Assembly: GCA_002869275.1 (NCBI GenBank)
Contig: PKTF01000391.1
Coordinates: 1,630 to 65,629 of the forward strand
Direction: 5' to 3'
Length of the DNA stretch: 64,000 bases
Origin: Ignavibacteria bacterium
GTDB taxonomy: Bacteria; Bacteroidota; Ignavibacteria; SZUA-365
The notes below the pieces were generated by a model, which did not search any database, was not told the origin of the DNA, and was given only the letters and a program-made list of their open reading frames with translations. Made by a program: the position numbers and the translations under genes. Positions 55,863-64,000 of the stretch are shown piece after piece; positions within the stretch are counted from its first letter, which is position 1, and every line of letters begins with the position of its first letter.

Positions 55863-58800
55863 ATGGATGAGCGCTTCACATGGATCAGGCGCGAGCAGCG
55901 GTGGATCTACGCCACCGGGATCCTCCTCATCATGCTTTCGCTCGTTTTCGCCGCACGCGCGTATTTCCTCGATCATGTCTCGGGGAACTGGGATACGCTG
56001 CGATCCGAGGTGAATCGGGGGCAATCCGACATCATTGAACTCCGGCTGAACAGTATCCGGACGGACTTGAACAGCCGGTTGGAGGACCTCCTCGCGCGAG
56101 AACCCGAGCGACTGTTTGCTTCGGAAGACCGTTCCCCGGAGCGAGCCCAGGCAGCACGCCGGCTGATCGAACATTTCCCCGCCGACGCTTATTCTTTCGA
56201 ATTCCGTTCCACCGCCGGGCGGCTCGCCGCGTTTTGCGGTGAACCGATGACGGAAGCTGCACACGCTCTGGAACCGGAGGCGGGTCTGGCCATCATCGAG
56301 CGCACTCCGTACGTCTTCCTGACGCATACTGCCATTCTGCGGGACAGTTCCGGAGTCCTGGGTTCGCTCCGTGTCGGGACGCCCCTGACAACGACGGTCC
56401 CGATCAACCGGCGCTATCTCAATTCGGAAGGCTACCTGCATACGCTCGGGCAGAACCTGGATCTTGAACTGGAATTCTCCAGAGAACTCCCGCCCCCAGA
56501 CGCCGAACAGGTCGTGCTTCCCGTTCTTTCACGAGAACACCCGCTCGGTTATGTCTCCTATCATGGAGCAGACCGCGAGAGTTATCTCGACCATATCGCC
56601 CGGCAGTTCAACCGTGTCGCGGTATTTCTTCTCTTCTGCACGTTTATCGTCATCTCTATCCCCCTGCTGCGGATCTATCTCCGCTTCAGGTCCGCCCTGC
56701 CGGCCTTCGTTGTCATCGTCCTGCACGTATGGGCCATACGATATATCCTGTACTTCAGTGGATTCGCGGAACTGATCTTCCCTGCAGCCATGATGGATCC
56801 TGCCTACTTCGCCTCGCCGTTCGGCTGGGGCATCACCAGTTCCACCGGCGAGTTGCTGCTGTCCGTCTGCGCTTTGCTCCTCTCCGCGGTGCTGCTCTAC
56901 CGTCTCACCCTCGATCGTCGGGAGACGTTGCTCAAGGCTGCGTTCGCAGTTGCGGTGGCCGCCATCCTGTGCATACTGCTTCCCTTCATCCTGCGCGGCT
57001 ACGCCGCCTCACTGAAAAGCTTTGTCTCGGACTCGACCTTCAACTTCGATGATGTCACCGGTCTGCTCGATCAACCGATGTATCTGGTCATGCTCATCGC
57101 GACCTACCTTTTTTCCCTGGCGCTCGGCTTTGGACTTCTCAGCTGCTACCTGATGGTGAAGTCCGCGTTGCGTTCGGTGTCGACCCCGGGCGGAAAAACC
57201 GGCATCCTGGCGGGCGGAACAGCAGCTGGTTTCCTGATCTTCGTCGCCACGACCTCCGACTACCTCCTGCCCTGGTGGGTGTACCTCGGTTTCGGCATAG
57301 TCTTCATCATCCCGCTGATCGTGCGCGTCCCGCCGATCCGTGGCAGGTCTGACTCCCTCATCGCCCCGTTCGCCGTGACGGTCGTCATTGGAGCGCTGCT
57401 GACCATTACCCTGTTCAGCCATTTTATGAATGGAAAACGCGCGAGCGAAATCCAGGCCATCGCGATCGACCTGTCACGACCGGTTGACGGGTGGTCTCAG
57501 GTGCTGATGGAGCAGACCCTGCAGTATATTTCGCGCGAGCGTGTCGGACGCATTCCGCCCCCGGCTGCTGCGGGCGCACCGGATTACGAGGCCGCATTCC
57601 GGATCTGGTCGGGTTCGCCCCTGAGCCGACTGCAAAACAATTCCGCCATTCTGCTTCTGGATTCGACGCATGCTCCCGTGTCTCGTTTCGCTGTAGGAAA
57701 CAACCCCTTTCTTCTCTCGATGCATGCCCTGGCATCCACGATGGAGAGTACCGAGGGACTGGTGCAGAGCACGTACCGCTGGCAGGAGACCCGTGGCAGA
57801 CGATACTACCGCGCATACACCGATATCTCAACGAGCGGCGTGGGCGCCACACTGGCTGTCGTCATCCTCGAGGCTCTCGATCCGATGCACATGACACGGC
57901 AGTCGGTGGATCTGCTGCGAAACATCCCTGCCAGCATCAGTCTCGTTCCGGAAGACAACTACATCATCAGCCGCTTCAGTGATGGGGTGATGCGGCAGAC
58001 GACGGACCGGCGCCTCGAAAGGAGCCTGGAACTGCCCGAAGAAGTCCTTGAAACGGTCCAGCAGAAAAAACAGCCTCGTTGGAGCTCGATCAATGTCGAT
58101 GGTGAAGCTCTGGACAGCTACTTCATCGCCGTGCCGGATACGGAGGACGAAATTCTCGCGATCACGCGCGGGCAATCGGTTCCTATTCTTTCCATCTACC
58201 GGGGATTACGTATCGCGCTGCTCTATGCCGCGTTGAGTCTGCTCCTGCTCGCACTGATCGCTCTCGTCACCAGGCGGTATCTGCTCATCTCCCGAATGAC
58301 GTTCGCGCGCAAGCTGCAGCTTGCACTGCTGGGGGTCGCGGCCATTCCGCTGCTACTCGTCTGGATCACCGGCAGGGACTTCGTGGAGGAAAATGCACGG
58401 CGTGAAACCGAATCCCAGGTCGTCGAGGACCTCGACATTCTGCGTACCAATATTCTCGAGCGACTCCCGGACGACAGCGACGTGGCGAACATCCCGGAGA
58501 TCATCACCGATCAGACCTGTCAGGAAATCCAGCTCCGCTCCGGAAAAGACCTCAATATCTACCACGGTCCAGAGCTGCGTGCGACGAGCAAGCCCGAACT
58601 GTATCATGTGGGGCTGCTCAACAACCGTCTCAACCCTCTCGCCCATATCAATATCGTGCAGCGTGGAAGAGATGTGTATTTCGCCTCCGAGCAGATCGGC
58701 GATTTCTCGTACTACGTAGGATACCTTGCCATCCGTGGTGAAAACGGGCAGCTGGCGGCCGTGATTTCCACACCCACACTCTTCCAGCGCGCGCAGGCGG

Positions 58801-59744
58801 AGGAAGGCTATCTCCGGGCTTCGGCAACGATATTTTTCTGGATCACGATCATCGGCATCCTTGTCATTCTTGCGAGCATCGCGCTTGCCAGGCAAATTTC
58901 ACGACCGCTGAACGAACTGCTCCGCGCTACCGGCGATATCGCGGAAGGAAACCTGAACAGGAAGCTCGATGTGCGGGGATCGGCAGAAATCGTGGACCTG
59001 ATGAATTCCTTCAACACGATGACAAGCCGGCTGCGTCAGAGTCAGGAAGAGCTTGCGGCTGCCGAGCGCGAGCTCGCGTGGAAGGAAATGGCGAAGCAGG
59101 TCGCACATGAGATCCGGAATCCCCTCACTCCGATGAAGCTCGCCGTGCAGCACCTGCAGCGCGCCTGGCGTGACGGCGCCGCTCAGCTCGGTGATATCAT
59201 CGAGAAGGTCACGCGGACGCTGGCTGATCAGATCGAGAGCCTCTCACGGATCAGCGATGAGTTTTCGCGCTTTGGTCGCATGCCCCGGCGGACGATGAGC
59301 GAAGTGGATATCGCGGATACCCTCACGGAGACCGCCGCCCTGTTTCGCGGCCACGAGCATGTCTCGATTGCTCTGCAGATCGACTCTCAGCTCCCGCCCG
59401 TACAGGCCGATCGTGAAGAACTCGCCCGCGCATTTACCAACCTCCTGCGCAACGCGGTTCAGGCAATCCACGACGAAGGGGAAATCCGGCTCACCGCCGC
59501 TGAGATGGATGGCTGGATAGAGGTTCGGATCGCTGACAGCGGGACGGGAATCGCACCTGAGCTTCTCGACAGGATTTTCGAACCGAACTTTTCGACGAAA
59601 ACCGAGGGCATGGGACTGGGACTCCCGATCGTAAAAAAAATCATCGACGATGCCGGCGGCGAAATCACGATAGACAGCACTCCTGGAGCGGGTACGACCG
59701 TCCGAATTTCCCTTCCGATCGCCTCAAGTGAATCCCTGAGCTAG
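55863..59744 (+). CDS. Very large polytopic sensor histidine kinase (HAMP-HisKA-HATPase_c)
   Basis: 1293 aa with about 12 predicted TM helices and three extracytoplasmic segments in the first roughly 1000 aa. The HAMP domain is RPLNELLRATGDIAEGNL. The H-box is AHEIRNPLTPM, the N-box is NLLRNAVQA, and the G-boxes are DSGTGI and GMGLGLPIV. No response regulator is adjacent. Confidence 0.9.
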   Translation: MDERFTWIRREQRWIYATGILLIMLSLVFAARAYFLDHVSGNWDTLRSEVNRGQSDIIELRLNSIRTDLNSRLEDLLAREPERLFASEDRSPERAQAARRLIEHFPADAYSFEFRSTAGRLAAFCGEPMTEAAHALEPEAGLAIIERTPYVFLTHTAILRDSSGVLGSLRVGTPLTTTVPINRRYLNSEGYLHTLGQNLDLELEFSRELPPPDAEQVVLPVLSREHPLGYVSYHGADRESYLDHIARQFNRVAVFLLFCTFIVISIPLLRIYLRFRSALPAFVVIVLHVWAIRYILYFSGFAELIFPAAMMDPAYFASPFGWGITSSTGELLLSVCALLLSAVLLYRLTLDRRETLLKAAFAVAVAAILCILLPFILRGYAASLKSFVSDSTFNFDDVTGLLDQPMYLVMLIATYLFSLALGFGLLSCYLMVKSALRSVSTPGGKTGILAGGTAAGFLIFVATTSDYLLPWWVYLGFGIVFIIPLIVRVPPIRGRSDSLIAPFAVTVVIGALLTITLFSHFMNGKRASEIQAIAIDLSRPVDGWSQVLMEQTLQYISRERVGRIPPPAAAGAPDYEAAFRIWSGSPLSRLQNNSAILLLDSTHAPVSRFAVGNNPFLLSMHALASTMESTEGLVQSTYRWQETRGRRYYRAYTDISTSGVGATLAVVILEALDPMHMTRQSVDLLRNIPASISLVPEDNYIISRFSDGVMRQTTDRRLERSLELPEEVLETVQQKKQPRWSSINVDGEALDSYFIAVPDTEDEILAITRGQSVPILSIYRGLRIALLYAALSLLLLALIALVTRRYLLISRMTFARKLQLALLGVAAIPLLLVWITGRDFVEENARRETESQVVEDLDILRTNILERLPDDSDVANIPEIITDQTCQEIQLRSGKDLNIYHGPELRATSKPELYHVGLLNNRLNPLAHINIVQRGRDVYFASEQIGDFSYYVGYLAIRGENGQLAAVISTPTLFQRAQAEEGYLRASATIFFWITIIGILVILASIALARQISRPLNELLRATGDIAEGNLNRKLDVRGSAEIVDLMNSFNTMTSRLRQSQEELAAAERELAWKEMAKQVAHEIRNPLTPMKLAVQHLQRAWRDGAAQLGDIIEKVTRTLADQIESLSRISDEFSRFGRMPRRTMSEVDIADTLTETAALFRGHEHVSIALQIDSQLPPVQADREELARAFTNLLRNAVQAIHDEGEIRLTAAEMDGWIEVRIADSGTGIAPELLDRIFEPNFSTKTEGMGLGLPIVKKIIDDAGGEITIDSTPGAGTTVRISLPIASSESLS

Positions 59745-59814
59745 CCCGGCATTTCCTTGCTTCTCAGCCCCGCCTTTTCTACTTTTTCATATTGTATTCT
59801 TTTCACGGAAAACC

Positions 59815-61353
59815 ATGTCCTTTCTCGTAACGGCAAGAAAATACAGGCCTTCGACCTTCGATGAAGTCGTAGCGCAGGGACATGTCGTCGATACGCTGCT
59901 CAATTCCATCAAGCTTGAAAGGATCGCGCACGCATATCTCTTTACGGGCCCACGGGGCGTCGGCAAAACGACCACGGCACGCATTTTCGCCAAGGCGCTC
60001 AACTGTCCGAACGCCACAGGCGGCGAACCGTGCAATACCTGCGATACATGCCTCGAAATTTCAGAGGGACGCAGCATCGATGTCATCGAAATCGACGGTG
60101 CATCCAACAACGGTGTGGAGCAGGTTCGGACCATCAGGGAAGCTGTCCGCTATACGCCCAGCCGTGACAAGTATAAAATGTATATCATCGACGAAGTCCA
60201 CATGCTGAGCAAGGGTGCGTTCAACGCCTTGCTGAAGACACTGGAAGAACCACCCGCGCACGCGATTTTCATTTTCGCGACAACGGAAGTCCAAAAGCTT
60301 CCGGCGACGGTGATTTCCCGCTGTCAGCGGTATGACTTTCGTCGCATTGCAACGGAGGATATCGTCGGTCAGCTCCGGCATATCTGTCAGACTGAGGGCA
60401 TCACCGCGGCGGACGCGGCGCTGTTCGCCATCGCCCGCAAGGGAGACGGCTCCATGCGTGATGCGGAAAGCATTTTCGACCAGGTTGTCGCGTTCAGCGG
60501 CGAAAACCTCGAGTACGAGGATGTCCGCCAGGTGCTGCACATAGTTGACCAGGACACATTTTTTCATTTCACCGATCTGATCATCACGAAGAATACCAGT
60601 GAGGGGTTCGCTCTCGCAGAGAACGTCGTGATGAGCGGGTACGATATTCAGGATTTTCTGTCGGGGCTCGAAGAGCATTTTCGCAATCTGCTGGTGGCGC
60701 GGTCCACCGGAGAAACGCGATTGATCGAGGCCCCTGCTGACGTGTGCGCTCGCTATGCCGAGCTCGCACAGCAGTTCACCGAAGGAGATCTTCTGCGTCT
60801 GCTGAAGATCACCACGCAGGCAATGCAAGCCGTGAGATTCAGTCCCCAGCCTCGACTCAAATTCGAGGTTGCTCTGATCGACATGATCAAGATGGACAGC
60901 ACCATCGAGATCAGCGCCCTGCTCTCCGGGATGGATTCCGGCGGCACCAAGCCGTCCTTCCGGAACTCCACCGCGACGCCATCAGCTCCGCGAAACACCC
61001 TTTCCGGGGCGTCTGCGCAGTCCGATACGGCTTCGCTATCCGGTCATGGCGACGCACAGCGCATTGCTCCAGCACCGCCTCCACCGCCAGCTGTCAAACC
61101 GGCAGCGGCTCCGGAGCCGAGCTCCGAAAGCACGAAAAAGACCGTGCTTTCGCAGGCCATGGACGCAACCGAACCGATTCAGCAGGCGGAAGAGCGCTTC
61201 CGTCAGGCACTGTCGGCGGCATCGCTGTCCGCAACTGCTCATTATGCTCCACCTCCCGGTGGCATTGCTGCGCCTTCCGAAACAGAATCACCCCCTCCGC
61301 CTATCGTACAAATGCTCATCGATGGACTCGACGCGGTACTGCTGCCAAAATGA
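59815..61353 (+). CDS. dnaX: DNA polymerase III subunit gamma/tau
   Basis: MSFLVTARKYRPSTFDEVVAQGHV...AYLFTGPRGVGKTTTARIFAKALNC, with zinc module CNTCDTC and YIIDEVHMLS. The C-terminal region is P/A/S-rich. Confidence 0.96.
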   Translation: MSFLVTARKYRPSTFDEVVAQGHVVDTLLNSIKLERIAHAYLFTGPRGVGKTTTARIFAKALNCPNATGGEPCNTCDTCLEISEGRSIDVIEIDGASNNGVEQVRTIREAVRYTPSRDKYKMYIIDEVHMLSKGAFNALLKTLEEPPAHAIFIFATTEVQKLPATVISRCQRYDFRRIATEDIVGQLRHICQTEGITAADAALFAIARKGDGSMRDAESIFDQVVAFSGENLEYEDVRQVLHIVDQDTFFHFTDLIITKNTSEGFALAENVVMSGYDIQDFLSGLEEHFRNLLVARSTGETRLIEAPADVCARYAELAQQFTEGDLLRLLKITTQAMQAVRFSPQPRLKFEVALIDMIKMDSTIEISALLSGMDSGGTKPSFRNSTATPSAPRNTLSGASAQSDTASLSGHGDAQRIAPAPPPPPAVKPAAAPEPSSESTKKTVLSQAMDATEPIQQAEERFRQALSAASLSATAHYAPPPGGIAAPSETESPPPPIVQMLIDGLDAVLLPK

Positions 61354-61431
61354 TGAACGGCACGCCGACACGCGAGACAATTCTCTCATCCCGAGGAATT
61401 GAAATCCATAATAACTCAAGAGATACCACGC

Positions 61432-63990
61432 ATGTTTATCAGTAGTATGTCCGGTGTCGTCACCACGCTGACGCCGAATAACCAGACACGTTTTCAATGT
61501 ACCGTCCAGCTCAGCATTCCGTTGGACGAACTCGCGGGGATCGGGCCAGGCCGCCTCATCGCAGCGGAAAACGTATACCACGCAGCTCGCGACAAACGAT
61601 ACACCATCCTGCAGATCATCGACCTGTTTCCCATGGAGACGGAGAAGAAGAGCGCGAAGAACGACACCCTCACGCTCAGCTGTTCGGCCACTCCCATCGG
61701 ACAGGAACTGCGTTACAAAAATGCTCGAACCGGTCCGGAGGTCCTGCGGGCAGACACATTCCCGGCCTACGACGGAAAAGTGGAAGTGCTGGACGATGAC
61801 CTCACCCGCGATGTGATTCATCATATCGCACCGGAAAGTCTCAGCGATGCCGACGGCAATCGCTTCGATATCGGCAGTTACCAGAGCAATCCCGAAGTGA
61901 AAGTCGGGCTCGACGCCACCGGACTCCTTCGCGGGAACGCAGCGGTAATCAGCGCACGTCCACGCGCCCGCACAACGATGCTGACCAACCTGATTCAGAG
62001 CCTTCTCGGGCACAGCAACACCCCGGCCCATGTCGTGTACTGCGATGTCAACAACTCCGGGACCCTCTCCCTCTCACCGCAGCTGAGCGAGTATTCCAAC
62101 GCTGGTATTCTCTGTCTCAACGACAAGTTTCTGCCGTCGAGCGTTTTCCAGTCGATGAAGAATCCGAGCGACCGTTCGGCTCTCAAGCGGGCCGTGCTCG
62201 ACTATCTCGATATGATGATACTTCCTTCCGTTCTGGAACCCAGACGCCATGACTTCAGCTATCCCATATCGACCTGGATGCGTGAAAACCGTATCGCGAT
62301 CTTCCGCCCCAACGAACAGACTGTCGACCAGTTCATCAATGAGATCAGCGTCGATATTCTGGACGGTGTGGAAGACGACGCCGAAGAGTATATCTCCGAG
62401 CTGATGAACGGTATTGCGGAGACTTACCGCGGCGAGCGTTTCACCGAGAAGAACACCAAAGACATGCTCGACATGGTGGATGAATTCAGCCAGGAATCCA
62501 AAAGCCATGCTGCACGGCGCACGCTGTACGACCTCAAAGCGGAAATCCAGTCTGTCTTCGAAACATATTCGAAAGACATCCCGTCAACTTCGCGCCGGTC
62601 CATGCAGGATATGATCACGCGGCTCAACGACGACACACACTCCAGCCTCACCATCGTCCAGGGCCAGAAAACCACTGACATTCTGCGTTTCGTGGGCAGC
62701 CTCGCACAGACACTCATCGACGAGCGCCTGAAGCGCCTGAAGATCCGCGTACCTGTGCTGTTTATTTTCAACAACATCGACGACTATGTCGGGCGCAACG
62801 GCAATGGGGCTCGCGAACCCGGTTCCGACCGTTTCAACGATACCATACAGTTGTTGCTGACCAACGGCCGGCGACACGGCCTGGGCTTCTGTCTGACGCT
62901 TGAAAATGCGGGCGCCCTCGACCACCAGCTCGCCCGGCGTATTCAGAATTACTTCATCGGACCCATCCCCTTTATCGACGAGCCGGCCAGCATCGCCGAC
63001 CTTCTCAACCTCTCGGAAGAACTCATCCATCCGGCCGTCCGCTACGAGGATGGTGAATTCATGTTCGCTTCTGTGGAATCCCCGTACCACCGACGCGTTC
63101 CTCTCCCCGTCCTGACCGAGAAGTATACCGTTCTCATGCATCGCTATCTCGATGACATGATCGTGGAACAGGAGAAGAAACGCCAGGAATATCTCGCACA
63201 GGAAGAGGAACGGCGCAAACGCCAGGAGAAGGAGCGCGAGGAACGCCGCAAACGCGAAGACAAGGAGCGCGAAGAGCGCCGCAAGCGCGAAGATGAAGAG
63301 GCAAAAGCCAAGAAGGAGCAGCAGGAAGTCGAGCGCGAGGAAAAGGAGAAAACTGAAGGGACAGAAGCGCAGGAGAAGACAGCGGAGGACTCCAAAACCT
63401 CAAAGACCGACAAGGATGACGCCCCCGAATCCGAAGAATCAAAGAGAGCCACGACTCGTTCTCGCAGAAAACGTGGACCAAAGCGCACTCGCGCAGCAGA
63501 TGCTGCCGACGATTCGAAAACGAGCGTGAAGGAAAAGGAAGCCGCCCCGGCGGAAGACACCCCGGCCGAAAAGGCAGAGGAAGCTCCCCCTGTCGCGGAT
63601 GCGGGCAAAGAGGACAAGGAGAAAACGGAAGCGCAGGAAAAGCAGTCCGATCGCGCGACCTCGCGCTCACGACGGAGCAAGCGCGGCAGGAAACCGAAGA
63701 AGGAAGAAACGTCCACGGCGAAGAAGACAGCGGAAGAGACAGCTCCCGCGGCCGAGACTGCAGCGGCAGCTTCGTCCGACAGTGCGCAGGAGAAGGGTTC
63801 CAAAGGGTTGACGATCGAGGAATTCGATCCGAATGCCGGAAAGCCCTCCGCGAGCGACACTCCCGCCGGCACAGGCGAAGAAAAGCAAACTGACGAAAAG
63901 GAAAAAAAGCCTGCTCGAAAGAGCACGCGACGCCGCAGCACACGCAGCAGGAAATCTCCATCCAGCAAAAAGGACAGTGAAGGGAAGTAA
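61432..63990 (+). CDS. HerA/FtsK-like P-loop-fold protein with degenerate Walker motifs and a K/E/R-rich disordered tail
   Basis: The ORF-track start is a TTG at 61399; the first ATG is at 61432. The N-terminal barrel-like region reads GPGRLIAAENVY...YTILQIIDL. The Walker A position reads ISARPRARTTML and the Walker B position reads VLFIFNNIDDY. GRRHGLGFCLTLEN resembles the HerA sensor block. The last roughly 270 aa are E/K/R/A/T low complexity. Confidence 0.6.
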   Translation: MFISSMSGVVTTLTPNNQTRFQCTVQLSIPLDELAGIGPGRLIAAENVYHAARDKRYTILQIIDLFPMETEKKSAKNDTLTLSCSATPIGQELRYKNARTGPEVLRADTFPAYDGKVEVLDDDLTRDVIHHIAPESLSDADGNRFDIGSYQSNPEVKVGLDATGLLRGNAAVISARPRARTTMLTNLIQSLLGHSNTPAHVVYCDVNNSGTLSLSPQLSEYSNAGILCLNDKFLPSSVFQSMKNPSDRSALKRAVLDYLDMMILPSVLEPRRHDFSYPISTWMRENRIAIFRPNEQTVDQFINEISVDILDGVEDDAEEYISELMNGIAETYRGERFTEKNTKDMLDMVDEFSQESKSHAARRTLYDLKAEIQSVFETYSKDIPSTSRRSMQDMITRLNDDTHSSLTIVQGQKTTDILRFVGSLAQTLIDERLKRLKIRVPVLFIFNNIDDYVGRNGNGAREPGSDRFNDTIQLLLTNGRRHGLGFCLTLENAGALDHQLARRIQNYFIGPIPFIDEPASIADLLNLSEELIHPAVRYEDGEFMFASVESPYHRRVPLPVLTEKYTVLMHRYLDDMIVEQEKKRQEYLAQEEERRKRQEKEREERRKREDKEREERRKREDEEAKAKKEQQEVEREEKEKTEGTEAQEKTAEDSKTSKTDKDDAPESEESKRATTRSRRKRGPKRTRAADAADDSKTSVKEKEAAPAEDTPAEKAEEAPPVADAGKEDKEKTEAQEKQSDRATSRSRRSKRGRKPKKEETSTAKKTAEETAPAAETAAAASSDSAQEKGSKGLTIEEFDPNAGKPSASDTPAGTGEEKQTDEKEKKPARKSTRRRSTRSRKSPSSKKDSEGK
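63229..63294 (+). repeat. 33-bp in-frame tandem repeat (2 copies) in the charged tail
   Basis: AAGGAGCGCGAGGAACGCCGCAAACGCGAAGAC / AAGGAGCGCGAAGAGCGCCGCAAGCGCGAAGAT. Each unit encodes KEREERRKRED. Confidence 0.9.
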
Positions 63991-64000
63991 CGGCATGCGA

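Noticed and set aside
61126-61151. Possible dnaX programmed frameshift or slippage site: GAAAAAG in the loop of a perfect 9-bp hairpin (GAAAGCACG...CGTGCTTTC) at about codon 440
   Set aside because: The heptamer is not the A-AAA-AAG consensus. More decisively, both alternative frames stay open past the end of dnaX (ORFs 60744-61445 and 61046-61402), so a shift would not give a truncated gamma-like product.

Overview
All calls come from by-eye reading of the sequence and the ORF track; no searches were run. This is a 64-kb chromosomal window from a moderately GC-rich diderm bacterium. The gene content includes T9SS C-terminal sorting domains, a PorV/PorQ-like barrel, GWxTD, DUF4397, DUF4384, DUF4783, CarboxypepD_reg-type TonB receptors and YfhO. 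This points to the FCB superphylum. The promoters I can see are canonical TTGACA-N17-TAnnnT, which fits an Ignavibacteria/Chlorobi/Kapabacteria-like lineage better than Bacteroidia. The taxon is inference only. I support about 47 CDS, 2 tRNAs (Asn-GTT, Arg-CCG), one TPP riboswitch with a terminator expression platform, two perfect CIRCE operators (groESL and hrcA-grpE-dnaJ), about 11 intrinsic terminators, 3 sigma70-like promoters and several repeats. Housekeeping blocks are groESL, lon, hrcA-grpE-dnaJ, lpxH-PBP1A, rsmD-coaD, dnaX and proline dehydrogenase. I found no transposase, integrase, phage gene or CRISPR array. Most notable findings: (1) A minus-strand operon of DUF4397 lipoprotein, 1024-aa TonB receptor, 1053-aa T9SS-sorted protein with no recognisable catalytic domain, and a PorV/PorQ-like barrel. 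It is followed by a GWxTD / late acyltransferase / GT9 unit. I propose it as an uncharacterised T9SS-coupled TonB uptake system. (2) A HerA/FtsK-like P-loop protein right after dnaX with degenerate Walker A and B motifs and a roughly 270-aa K/E/R polyampholyte tail. (3) A TPP-riboswitch-controlled TonB receptor plus thiamine pyrophosphokinase salvage operon without pnuT. (4) A secreted DUF4384 protein with a roughly 220-aa R/S/T-only tail that contains a 57-bp tandem duplication. (5) A Wzx/YfhO glycan locus lacking an initiating transferase, Wzy and export genes. (6) A dispersed ATGCCGTA/GATTAC-type intergenic repeat family and a 134-bp near-perfect palindrome. The many long ORFs antisense to real genes are treated as GC-driven shadow ORFs.
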